Origin: an uncultured archaeon
Lineage (GTDB): Archaea; Asgardarchaeota; Lokiarchaeia; Sigyniarchaeales; SOKP01
Direction: 5' to 3'
NCBI GenBank assembly: GCA_964583985.1
Contig: CAZOYD010000067.1
Span: forward strand, 1-17,564
Length of the DNA stretch: 17,564 nucleotides
Position numbers and translations under genes: made by a program. The notes beneath the pieces are model-generated. The model did not search any database, was not told where the DNA came from, and saw only the letters and a program-made list of their open reading frames with translations. Of the stretch, positions 1-8,482 are shown piece after piece (the first letter of the stretch is position 1; every line of letters begins with the position of its first letter).

Positions 1-2
1 AA

Positions 3-1577
3 ATTATTGTTGATAATTCAAGAGCAGATATTATTATTTTTCCTGAGATGTCATTGGTAGGGTATCCATTAATGGATCATATTTATGATCCTTTAATTAA
101 AAAAGAGAATAAAGAAGCATTAGAAAATTTAAAGCGAATTAAGACTCACTCATCTCTTATTATTGGAACTTTTACCGAACCCGAGCATCTGAAAGACTCA
201 ATTCAACCTTTTTATAATTCAGCAGTTATCATTGAAGATAATCAGATCAAGGCGATCGTCAATAAACGCCTTTTACCAAATTATGATATCTTTGATGAAC
301 GCAGATATTTTTCTTTTGATAGTCAATTCAATCACATATCTCTAAAAGGCTATAAATGCGGAATTTTAATATGTGAAGATATTTGGGATGAACATTATGA
401 TGTGAAAGTGGCAGAGACTTTGGTTAGTAATGGAGCAGAATTATTGATCGTGACAAATGCATCTCCGTACCATATTGGTAAATTCAAAATGAGGATGGAT
501 CTTGTAAAGAAAAAAGCGATGTCACTTCACGTTCCAATCATTTACGTGAATATGGTAGGTGCATTGGATGAAATCGTATATGATGGACAAAGCTTCATAA
601 TAAATGAAAATGGAACACTAATAGAAAAGTGCAAAGCTTTTGAAGAAGAAATAAAACTTGTTCGCATTCAAGCGCCATTTAAATCAGATATTGAGGCTAT
701 TACAATTGAATCTGATTGGAGATCTGAAGTTGTGAAAGCTTTATGTCTAAATCTTTATGAATATTATTATAAAAGTGGAATTTTCAAAGGAATCGTATTG
801 GGTTTGAGTGGAGGAGTAGATTCTGCTTTTACCGCATTCATTTGTGCTAAAGCAATAGGACCAGAACATGTAACTGCTGTAATGATGCCTACTCGCTTCA
901 CTTCCCAAGAAAGCCTTGATTTAGCTAAAAATTTATGTGATAACTTGAAATTAAAATATAACATTCATCCCATTGATGATTTATTCAACTATTATGAAAA
1001 GGATATAGAACTTAATTTAGGTAAGATAAAATTTGATATTGCTGATGAAAATCTACAGGCAAGAATTAGAGCGACTATCCTCATGTATTATTCCAATAAA
1101 TACAATTGGTTGTTGGTCTCAACTGGTAACAAATCAGAAATTGGAGTTGGATATTGTACCTTATATGGAGATACAAACGGAGGAAAAAATGTTCCTGGAG
1201 ATTTATTAAAGACTCAAATTTATGAAATTTGTAATTGGATTAATAAAAAAGAAGAGGTGATTCCTCATGGAATTATTGAGAGACCTCCAACTGCGGAATT
1301 GCGAAAAAATCAAAAAGATAGCGATTCTTTACCTTCTTATGAAATATTGGATGTGATCTTGGAAGAGATAATCGAAAATGGAATAGGTTTAGAACCAGAT
1401 CACTTACTAAATAAAGGAATTGATTTAAAAACAATTGAAAGAGTTAGAAAACTTTATTTGAATTCAGAATACAAGCGAAGACAATTAGTCCAGACGATAA
1501 AAATCAGTAAAAGCGCATTTGGAATAGGGAGGAGATATCCCGTTTTAAAACGCTTAAGGTATGATGATATAACTTAA
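3..1577 (+). CDS. nadE: Glutamine-dependent NAD(+) synthetase (nitrilase domain + NAD synthase domain), 5'-truncated by the window edge
   Basis: The frame is open from base 3 (IIVDNSRADIIIFPE-MSLVGY), so the ATG at 48 is internal. The glutaminase triad is visible: Glu in FPE, Lys in KRLLPNYDIFDERRYF, Cys in ICEDIW. Synthetase motifs are GLSGGVDS, ENLQARIR, TGNKSEIGVGYCTLYGD and PPTAEL. Confidence 0.96.
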   Translation: MIVDNSRADIIIFPEMSLVGYPLMDHIYDPLIKKENKEALENLKRIKTHSSLIIGTFTEPEHLKDSIQPFYNSAVIIEDNQIKAIVNKRLLPNYDIFDERRYFSFDSQFNHISLKGYKCGILICEDIWDEHYDVKVAETLVSNGAELLIVTNASPYHIGKFKMRMDLVKKKAMSLHVPIIYVNMVGALDEIVYDGQSFIINENGTLIEKCKAFEEEIKLVRIQAPFKSDIEAITIESDWRSEVVKALCLNLYEYYYKSGIFKGIVLGLSGGVDSAFTAFICAKAIGPEHVTAVMMPTRFTSQESLDLAKNLCDNLKLKYNIHPIDDLFNYYEKDIELNLGKIKFDIADENLQARIRATILMYYSNKYNWLLVSTGNKSEIGVGYCTLYGDTNGGKNVPGDLLKTQIYEICNWINKKEEVIPHGIIERPPTAELRKNQKDSDSLPSYEILDVILEEIIENGIGLEPDHLLNKGIDLKTIERVRKLYLNSEYKRRQLVQTIKISKSAFGIGRRYPVLKRLRYDDIT

Positions 1578-2110
1578 CTTGTTTTTCTTGCTTCTACCAT
1601 TATCCTAGCGATGGTTTCAAAAATATTATCAACGTTCTCTCCCGTTTTGCTTGAACATTCAAAATAACCTTGTAAATTACGGGATTTAGCAAGTTCAATG
1701 CCCTCCTCTGTTGATATGGAGCGCTTATCCTCTAAATCTAACTTACTTCCTACCATGATAATTGGGATTTGAGTATTTGTGAATTTCATTTCGTTAATAA
1801 AGAGAGATAGCCAGTCATCGATATTCTTAATGCTAAAACGTCTCGTTAAGTCACACATATAAATTCCACCTTGAGCATCCTTGACAAAACTTGGAAAGAG
1901 TATTTTAAATCTCTCTTCACCTGCAAAATCCCAGATTTGTAAATTCACGGATAAATCATCGACCTGCACGTCCTTTACGCTAAAATCTGCACCGATGGTC
2001 ATTTTTAAATCTTGTTCAAAGATTCTATTTAGATATCTATGTGCAAATGTAGTCTTTCCAACCCCACCATCCCCAAAGATACATAATTTATATCGAATTG
2101 ATTTAGACAA
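1574..2110 (-). CDS. Rab-like small GTPase (Ras superfamily, eukaryotic-signature-type protein)
   Basis: G1 GDGGVGKT, G2 Thr in MTIGADF, G3 WDFAGEE, G4 GSKLD, G5 ECSSK. RabF-like segments IGADF, LQIW and RF are present. The TTG start is preceded by AGGTGA. There is no C-terminal Cys prenylation motif. Confidence 0.93.
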   Translation of the reverse strand: MSKSIRYKLCIFGDGGVGKTTFAHRYLNRIFEQDLKMTIGADFSVKDVQVDDLSVNLQIWDFAGEERFKILFPSFVKDAQGGIYMCDLTRRFSIKNIDDWLSLFINEMKFTNTQIPIIMVGSKLDLEDKRSISTEEGIELAKSRNLQGYFECSSKTGENVDNIFETIARIMVEARKTS

Positions 2111-2117
2111 TTAAAAA

Positions 2118-2123
2118 TCACCT
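2118..2123 (-). promoter_or_regulatory. Shine-Dalgarno-like site (AGGTGA) for the GTPase
   Basis: The minus strand reads AGGTGA-TTTTTAA-TTG. GGTGA is the typical archaeal SD core. Confidence 0.7.
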
Positions 2124-2148
2124 ATTTTAAATTTAAAGAACTATTCAA

Positions 2149-2232
2149 TTTATATCCATCTAATAAAAGTGTTCTTTATTAAACTATTATATTCCGATAT
2201 AATATAATTGTGATTAGTATAATGGATATAAA
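2149..2232. repeat. 11-bp perfect inverted repeat enclosing internal hairpins
   Basis: TTTATATCCAT (2149-2159) and ATGGATATAAA (2222-2232) are exact reverse complements. Internal inverted repeats lie at 2161-2167/2175-2181, 2185-2192/2197-2204 and 2205-2208/2213-2216. Function unknown. Confidence 0.6.
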
Positions 2233-2325
2233 AAAATGGAGTATTATGAAATAAAATCTTTTTCGTTAATATAAATAGGCTCTTAATTATCACTGTAGTT
2301 TACTATTGCTGATACCTAAAAATTA

Positions 2326-2976
2326 TTATGTTATTTCGATATGCTTCCCTGTCACCATGTAATACACTTTTTCAGCAATTTTGCAGGCATGATCTCCACA
2401 TCTTTCCAAATAACGTGCTATCATTATGAGATGCGCTGAAATTGTAATGTTTCTTGGATCTTCCATCATATAAGAAACGGATTCACGAAAAATACTCCAC
2501 CTTAATTGATCTATCTCAGTGTCTCTTTCAGAAAATCCCTTCAATTTTGAAATATCATCGGTAACAAATGAATCTACGGCATCATCTAACATTGATTGAA
2601 CGTGCTCCCACATGTGTTTTATTCCTATAATTTCTGAAAGTGGTTGTTTATTATTTAAAAGAGAAACTACTGCTGCAATATCTTTTCCATAGCGACCTAC
2701 TCGATATAAATAGGTGATAATCTTTAAAATAGCCGCAATGGTTCTAAGATCAATAGCCATTGGTTGATAAAGTGTAATTAATTGGAGCGATTTTGTTTCG
2801 ATTTCAACATCATATTCTCGTAATTTTTCCTTTTTAAGATCAACACTTTCCGCTAGTTCTGTGTTACTTGTTGAAAGTGCAGTTATTGAATCACCTAACA
2901 TTATGAAGGCCAATTTCGACATTTCAACAAGCTCTTGCTTTAAAAAATCCAAATTTTTATGAAATTCTTTTGTCAT
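2326..2976 (-). CDS. phoU: Phosphate signalling/transport accessory protein PhoU
   Basis: Two PhoU repeats with QPMAIDLRTI, YLYRVGRY, DTEIDQL and RYLERCGDHACKIAE. It lies directly downstream of pstB. Confidence 0.95.
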   Translation of the reverse strand: MTKEFHKNLDFLKQELVEMSKLAFIMLGDSITALSTSNTELAESVDLKKEKLREYDVEIETKSLQLITLYQPMAIDLRTIAAILKIITYLYRVGRYGKDIAAVVSLLNNKQPLSEIIGIKHMWEHVQSMLDDAVDSFVTDDISKLKGFSERDTEIDQLRWSIFRESVSYMMEDPRNITISAHLIMIARYLERCGDHACKIAEKVYYMVTGKHIEIT

Positions 2977-2987
2977 CTTTATTTCAC

Positions 2988-3809
2988 TTATCCAAACCTT
3001 CCTGTTATATAATTTTCAGTTAATTTTTTTTGAGGATTCTCAAAAATTTGAGTAGTTTCACCAAATTCTATCAATTCCCCTAAATACATGAAACATGTAT
3101 AATCTGAAATTCGCGCAGCTTGTTGCATGTTGTGAGTTACAATTATAACGGTCCATTCCTTTTTCAAATCAAGTATTAGTTCTTCAATTTTTTGAGTAGC
3201 AATTGGATCAAGAGAAGCGGTTGGTTCATCCATTAATAAAATCTCAGGCTCTACTGCTAAAGCTCGTGCAATGCATAACCGTTGTTGTTGACCTCCTGAT
3301 AAGCCCATGGCTGATTCATCTAATCTGTCCTTAACTTCGTCCCATATAACAGCTCTTTTAAGATTTTTTTCTGAAATTTTATCTAAGATATCTTTATCCA
3401 AAACGCGATGGATCTTTGGACCATAAGTGATGTTATCATAAATGGACATCGGAAAGGGATTCGGTTTTTGGAAAATCATTCCAATTTTTTTCCGATTTAA
3501 CCTAATATCAGCATTACTCGCATAAAGGTTTTTCCCATTAAATAATACCTCTCCCTCAATTTTACACCCTTCAATCACGTCATTCATCCGGTTAAGACAA
3601 CGTAGAAGCGTGCTTTTACCGCATCCAGAAGGTCCAATGATGGAACTTACCTTATTCTTTCGAAATTCAATGTTGATATTAATCAAGGCTTGAGTATCTT
3701 CATACCAAAGATTCAAGTTCTTACACTCTATAACATATTCGTTATTAGAGAATTCTTGATTTTGATGGTCAATTTCATTATTGTTGTTCTTTTTGATTTT
3801 GAATACCAT
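2988..3809 (-). CDS. pstB: Phosphate ABC transporter ATP-binding protein PstB
   Basis: Walker [30 protein letters not shown], signature [13 protein letters not shown], Walker [17 protein letters not shown] and C-terminal YITGRFG. I prefer the ATG at 3809 because GGTG(A) lies 6 nt upstream. The GTG at 3818 is the alternative start. Confidence 0.97.
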   Translation of the reverse strand: MVFKIKKNNNNEIDHQNQEFSNNEYVIECKNLNLWYEDTQALININIEFRKNKVSSIIGPSGCGKSTLLRCLNRMNDVIEGCKIEGEVLFNGKNLYASNADIRLNRKKIGMIFQKPNPFPMSIYDNITYGPKIHRVLDKDILDKISEKNLKRAVIWDEVKDRLDESAMGLSGGQQQRLCIARALAVEPEILLMDEPTASLDPIATQKIEELILDLKKEWTVIIVTHNMQQAARISDYTCFMYLGELIEFGETTQIFENPQKKLTENYITGRFG

Positions 3810-3814
3810 AAATT

Positions 3815-5944
3815 TCACCAGCGTTTTTTCTTTTCATATTTTAATCTAACAATAAAAGCAAAACTATAAAGAATTAAAACTAATAATAATAATGTTAAAG
3901 CAGTTCCGGCGGCTCTTTCAAGACCACCCGTTATTTCGTTACTTAACCGAAATAAATTATAAGTAAGAGCCATGGTAGGTTCAAAGATGCTTAATGATAC
4001 ATATTGTGCAGTGGATTTAACCGCAGTAAACAAAATCGGAGCCGTTTCCCCTGCACTGCGACCCATTCCAAGAACCGAACCTGTTACAATTCCAGGTATG
4101 GCTGCAGGTATAATTATTTTACTAATTCCTTGAAATTTACTTGATCCTAACGCTAAACTGCCCGCTCTAAATGAGTGAGGAATCGCTTTCACGGATTCCT
4201 CCGTGGTTCTAATAATAGTAGGTAAAATCATCAGCCCTAATGTAAGGGATCCAACCAAAATGGATCTTGTCAAACCTATAAAGACTATGAAAAATACTAC
4301 TCCAAATAATCCAAAAACAATTGAGGGAGTACCATTTAAGTTGTCAATTCCAGCTCTAATAAATTTAGTAATTCTATTTTCTTTGGCATATTCGGATAGA
4401 TATATCCCAGCAAAAACACCAAGTGGAAGTGCAAACAGTATGGACCCGGCAGTGAGTTGAAGCGTTCCGATAATGGCTGGAAAAATACCCCCTTCTCTTC
4501 CACTGTTCTTAGGAGTACCCGTTAAAAATCCAGGTTCCAGAAATACTGGAAGCCCTTTGGAAACAATATAGAATATTATAATTCCGACCATCAATACTGC
4601 AAATATCGAACAAGTGTAGACTACACCAAACCAAAATCTTTGTTGACCAACTGTAGAGAGTTCTCTGAAGAAAGTTAATACGACCAATATTAGGAGGCAT
4701 ATACTAACAGAAAGAAAGATCCCAATCCATGTGCTAAAAACCCATCCAATAAATGATAAACCCAAAGCATAATCAATAAATCGTTTATATTTTGGTGAAA
4801 TTTTTGATCTCCCCCAAAATAAGGTGCTTGCTCCAATACATATCCCACTCCCTATGATTTTAGAAAGAAGATCAGGAAAGATCCAAAAAATTAACAGTGA
4901 AATGATGATTGTAGCCATCAACTGCTTATATTTTACAAGTTTTTTCAAGATACTATTGCTCACAAAAAGATTTCTCAGTTTAGAATGTTTTTTAACTGCT
5001 AAATCCCCTCTAAACTTCTTTTGAACTCTATTTAAGATGATATTTGATGTAGTATTCACCAATAAGGTCATGAAAAAGAGGACTATCGCAAGAGCTAATA
5101 AACCTAGTTGAGGTAAACTTCCAGCAGCAGTAGGGCCCCATGTTAAAGCGATAGTTGATGTGATCACGGCCACTTGACTCAGCATATTTGTTAGGGGGTC
5201 AGGGAGCCTGAATTTATTGCCTAATACTAAAGTCATTGCCATTGTTTCACCCATTGCTCTTCCAATTCCTAACACAACTGCTGCAGTTATTCCAGACATT
5301 CCCGCTGGGATCACCACCCTACGAATTGTTTGCCATTTTGTTGCTCCCATTGCATATGAGGCTTCTCTATAATAATCTGGAACTTCTCTTATTGCATCTT
5401 CACACACGGAGACGATCGTTGGAAGTGCCATTATTGCTAAAATTAATGATCCCGATAGCCATGATCTTCCGTCATGTAATTGAAAGATATCCTTTATCCA
5501 TACATTTAAAACAATAACTCCAAAAAATCCATATACAATAGATGGGATACCCGCGAGAATCTCTATAGTAAATTTAAGAATCTTCCTTAATAATGGTGGA
5601 GCAAGCTCAGCAATGAAAATGGCAGTAAATATCCCTAAAGGGATAGCAATTATTAGCGCACCAAAAGTTACAAGGATGGAGTCTATAAAGATTGGAAATG
5701 CGCCATAAAAGTCACTATCAGGAAGCCAATTAGTGCCAAAAAAGAATTCTTGTAATGGCACTGCAGCAAAGAAAGGGGCACCTTCACTAATTAAAAAAAT
5801 TATTATTAAAAAAACGAATAATGTGGCAATAGATGCAAAGCCAAATAATGCCCATTTGATATAAGGCTCCCGATTTTTCTTTAGATATGAAAAATCATCA
5901 TGTAGCAAATATAATTTATTATCAAAAACAGTTTCATTAGACAT
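3815..5944 (-). CDS. pstC-pstA: Fused phosphate ABC transporter permease PstC-PstA
   Basis: One uninterrupted 709-aa ORF. The N-half is PstC-like ([36 protein letters not shown]). The C-half is PstA-like ([42 protein letters not shown]). A hydrophobic linker of about 130 aa joins them. Confidence 0.93.
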   Translation of the reverse strand: MSNETVFDNKLYLLHDDFSYLKKNREPYIKWALFGFASIATLFVFLIIIFLISEGAPFFAAVPLQEFFFGTNWLPDSDFYGAFPIFIDSILVTFGALIIAIPLGIFTAIFIAELAPPLLRKILKFTIEILAGIPSIVYGFFGVIVLNVWIKDIFQLHDGRSWLSGSLILAIMALPTIVSVCEDAIREVPDYYREASYAMGATKWQTIRRVVIPAGMSGITAAVVLGIGRAMGETMAMTLVLGNKFRLPDPLTNMLSQVAVITSTIALTWGPTAAGSLPQLGLLALAIVLFFMTLLVNTTSNIILNRVQKKFRGDLAVKKHSKLRNLFVSNSILKKLVKYKQLMATIIISLLIFWIFPDLLSKIIGSGICIGASTLFWGRSKISPKYKRFIDYALGLSFIGWVFSTWIGIFLSVSICLLILVVLTFFRELSTVGQQRFWFGVVYTCSIFAVLMVGIIIFYIVSKGLPVFLEPGFLTGTPKNSGREGGIFPAIIGTLQLTAGSILFALPLGVFAGIYLSEYAKENRITKFIRAGIDNLNGTPSIVFGLFGVVFFIVFIGLTRSILVGSLTLGLMILPTIIRTTEESVKAIPHSFRAGSLALGSSKFQGISKIIIPAAIPGIVTGSVLGMGRSAGETAPILFTAVKSTAQYVSLSIFEPTMALTYNLFRLSNEITGGLERAAGTALTLLLLVLILYSFAFIVRLKYEKKKRW

Positions 5945-6180
5945 GATTAGTCGACTGAATTAATGTGTCTCCCATTTATATTATAGTATTAAATTGTTGA
6001 TATTTTTACTTATACCAAGTATTATAGTTTGTTCTATAGAAAGTAAAGCTATATCTAATAAATCATTGACCACCATATTCTATATATTGTATGGGTTTCT
6101 ATATAGATCCTATAAATTCTTTAGAATTATCCCTCAAAAAAGGTAACTGCTTCAAAATACAAAGGGATTATTCAATCTTA

Positions 6181-6243
6181 AGAATAAAAAAAGTGAAAAA
6201 TAATAATAAAAAAAGAATTAATTTTATTTTAAAAATAAAATTA
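6181..6243 (-). terminator. Probable U-rich archaeal terminator region downstream of pstS
   Basis: Several long A-runs on + (U-tracts on the pstS strand) follow the pstS stop. There is also an all-AT inverted repeat, TAATTTTATTTT (6219-6230)/AAAATAAAATTA (6232-6243). Confidence 0.5.
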
Positions 6244-6247
6244 TTAT

Positions 6248-7150
6248 TTAAAACCAAATTCGAATAAAACCTTCATCAGCAACTATTTTCTGACCATAAG
6301 GACCAAAAATATAATCTAAGAAGGCTTGTACCCAACCACTTACAGGTCCGTTGGTAATCAAGTGCAAAGATCGAGATACTGGATATGTATTATCTAGCAC
6401 GGTAGCGACTGATGGAGCAACTCCATTAACTGGTACAGCAATTACATCAGGAGTTACATAACCGAGACCACAATATCCAAATCCATAATCATTATCAGCA
6501 ACTCCTTGAACCATCAGTGAATTCGATGATACTGAAGTATAACCGGTGACTGCTAATTCATATCCTGAATCTTCTCCAAGTTGTTCTCCATCATATGTGA
6601 TTAATTCTTCAAAAGTAGCTCTGGTTCCTGAACCTTCAGCTCTACTAAAACAATCAATTGTATCTGTTGTTAATGAACCATCAATATCGTGCCATGTAGT
6701 ATAGTTACCATTATAGATTAGAAAGACTTGATCCATGGTTAGTCCATTTGATTCAAGCCACGCAGCATTCGGGTTGTCCGCATCTATTATTACAGCGATA
6801 CCATCCTTCGCAAATTTGTAATCAATTAAATTGTTTGCAGGTGTGGTTGATGCATTTTCAGTAGACTTGATATTTCTTGAAGACATGCCAATATCATTTA
6901 ATCCATTAATTGAATCAGAAATTCCAGATCCAGAACCTGTTCCAGTGACTGAAATGTCAACGTTAGGGTTAAGTAACATAAACTCTTCGGCGCTTGTTGT
7001 AATTACAGGTTCACATGTAGTAGAACCCGTAATGATAATGCTTACTCTCTGTGAACCGGTTGGGGTAAAAATAGCGGTGACACCCCAACCAATAAAGAAT
7101 GCAACAATAATACCTACAACGGCCAAGTATGTTATTCCTTTTTTTTCCAT
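6248..7150 (-). CDS. pstS: Phosphate ABC transporter substrate-binding protein PstS
   Basis: N-terminal hydrophobic anchor, followed by PstS motifs TGSTT, GTGSGSG, DIGMSSR, AKDGIAVI, RAEGSGTRATF and YPVSRSL. Confidence 0.95.
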   Translation of the reverse strand: MEKKGITYLAVVGIIVAFFIGWGVTAIFTPTGSQRVSIIITGSTTCEPVITTSAEEFMLLNPNVDISVTGTGSGSGISDSINGLNDIGMSSRNIKSTENASTTPANNLIDYKFAKDGIAVIIDADNPNAAWLESNGLTMDQVFLIYNGNYTTWHDIDGSLTTDTIDCFSRAEGSGTRATFEELITYDGEQLGEDSGYELAVTGYTSVSSNSLMVQGVADNDYGFGYCGLGYVTPDVIAVPVNGVAPSVATVLDNTYPVSRSLHLITNGPVSGWVQAFLDYIFGPYGQKIVADEGFIRIWF

Positions 7151-7469
7151 TTTACTGCCCTTAATTTTAAATTTTTTTTTTGTAAATTGTTAATTAGAGG
7201 TATTACCATTAAAATAAAAGATATTTCGACATACTGTCAATATGAATATTGATAATATAGAAAATATATATCTGAAGATTCTCTGAAAAATAACCAAAAA
7301 GGGGGGGTATAATCAGGAGATATTATTAAGAAAGAGATTAATCAGATACATTTAAACTATTACTATATAGATAATAAATTCATATATATTTTATATATAT
7401 CATATATATAATATTTTTATTATAGTATTCATTAGTACATATATAGAAATATAAACTATAAAAAAGGTT
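7151..7469. promoter_or_regulatory. Divergent promoter region between pstS and the AbrB-PhoU regulator
   Basis: A 319-bp very AT-rich non-coding gap between divergent starts. It contains several TATATA boxes, a CTATATAG palindrome and a 7-2-7 inverted repeat. Exact TATA/BRE positions cannot be assigned. Confidence 0.65.
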
Positions 7470-8480
7470 ATGATGTCATTTAATATAGAAACTAGGAAAG
7501 TTCAGCAAACTGGAGGCTCAAGTTTCATCATATCTCTTCCTAAAGAATGGATAATAAAACATGAAGTAAAAAAAAATGATACTTTAGGAATTTTAGCACA
7601 ACCAGATGGAAGTCTACTTATTACTCCTTACATTGATTCGCAAGAACACGTGAAAGAAAAAAAATTTAATGTGGAAGATAATATAAATCCAGACTTTCTT
7701 TTTCGGTTACTTATCGGAGCATATATAATGGGATATTCAATCATTATTATTCAGGCTACTGGGAATAAATTTGAGCGAATTATCAGAGAAACGATTGAAG
7801 CTTTTATTAAAATCACGATTGGTCCAGAAATTATCGAAGAAACAACTAATAGGATCTTCATAAAAGACTTACTTAGCCCAAAGGAAATGCCTTTTGAAAA
7901 AATAATACGGCGAATGTACATTCTCGCTCGAGAGATGCACGAGGATGCTGTAAAATCTTTTGAATTAGGAGATTTATCCTTAGCTAAAAAAGTGGTGGAA
8001 CGGGATGATGAATTAGATAGGTTGAATTGGTTAGTTGAGCGACAATCCCATATTGTCTTGAGAGACATCATTTTATGTCAAAAAATGAATATTACCCTTG
8101 AAGATGCAAGTAATTTCCAATTAATCAGTAAATCTCTTGAACGAATTGGAGATCATGCTGTAAAGATAGCTGAGAATGTGTTAAAAATAGATTACAATAA
8201 TTTAAGCCCCGAGTTATTTGAACTAATCAAAGAAGCTAGTAAGATGTCATTAGTCTTGCTAAATATAAGCTTAGATGCTTGGCTTCAAAAAAGTCTTGAT
8301 CTTGCAAATGCTAATATCGAATCAATTGATAGTCTCATTGAATTGTGCCAAAAAATTCGTGTAAATCCTGCTAATGCATCTGAATTCGCAGTTCAAATTG
8401 GTTATATTATAGAAAGTATTAGGAGAACTGGAGAATACTCTGCGGATATATCAGAGATCATCATAAATAATTTAATCTAA
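7470..8480 (+). CDS. Archaeal phosphate uptake regulator (N-terminal AbrB-like DNA-binding domain + PhoU domains)
   Basis: ETRKVQQTGGSSFIISLPKEW is the AbrB-like N-terminus of this archaeal family. PhoU motifs are ERDDELDRL, SLERIGDHAVKIAE and ESIRRTGEYSADISE. The gene is divergent from pstS. Confidence 0.92.
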   Translation: MMSFNIETRKVQQTGGSSFIISLPKEWIIKHEVKKNDTLGILAQPDGSLLITPYIDSQEHVKEKKFNVEDNINPDFLFRLLIGAYIMGYSIIIIQATGNKFERIIRETIEAFIKITIGPEIIEETTNRIFIKDLLSPKEMPFEKIIRRMYILAREMHEDAVKSFELGDLSLAKKVVERDDELDRLNWLVERQSHIVLRDIILCQKMNITLEDASNFQLISKSLERIGDHAVKIAENVLKIDYNNLSPELFELIKEASKMSLVLLNISLDAWLQKSLDLANANIESIDSLIELCQKIRVNPANASEFAVQIGYIIESIRRTGEYSADISEIIINNLI

Positions 8481-8482
8481 CG

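Noticed and set aside
48-50. ATG at 48 as the nadE start (and ATG at 17548 as the dmsA-like start)
   Set aside because: Both frames remain open to the window edges, and conserved N-terminal parts are missing. These are window truncations, not real starts or pseudogenes.
2149-2232. The cloverleaf-like element as a tRNA gene
   Set aside because: It is extremely AT-rich, lacks the T-loop (TTCRA) and D-loop GG consensus, and its stem lengths do not fit a tRNA.
5937-5975. 12-codon upstream ORF ([12 protein letters not shown]) overlapping the pstC-pstA start
   Set aside because: Its ATG directly abuts the likely TATA box and so is probably not transcribed. Such short ORFs are expected by chance.
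7172-7307. T10 (7172-7181) and G7 (7301-7307) homopolymers as phase-variation tracts in the pstS promoter
   Set aside because: The tracts are short and a single sequence gives no evidence of length variation. Read-level data would be needed.
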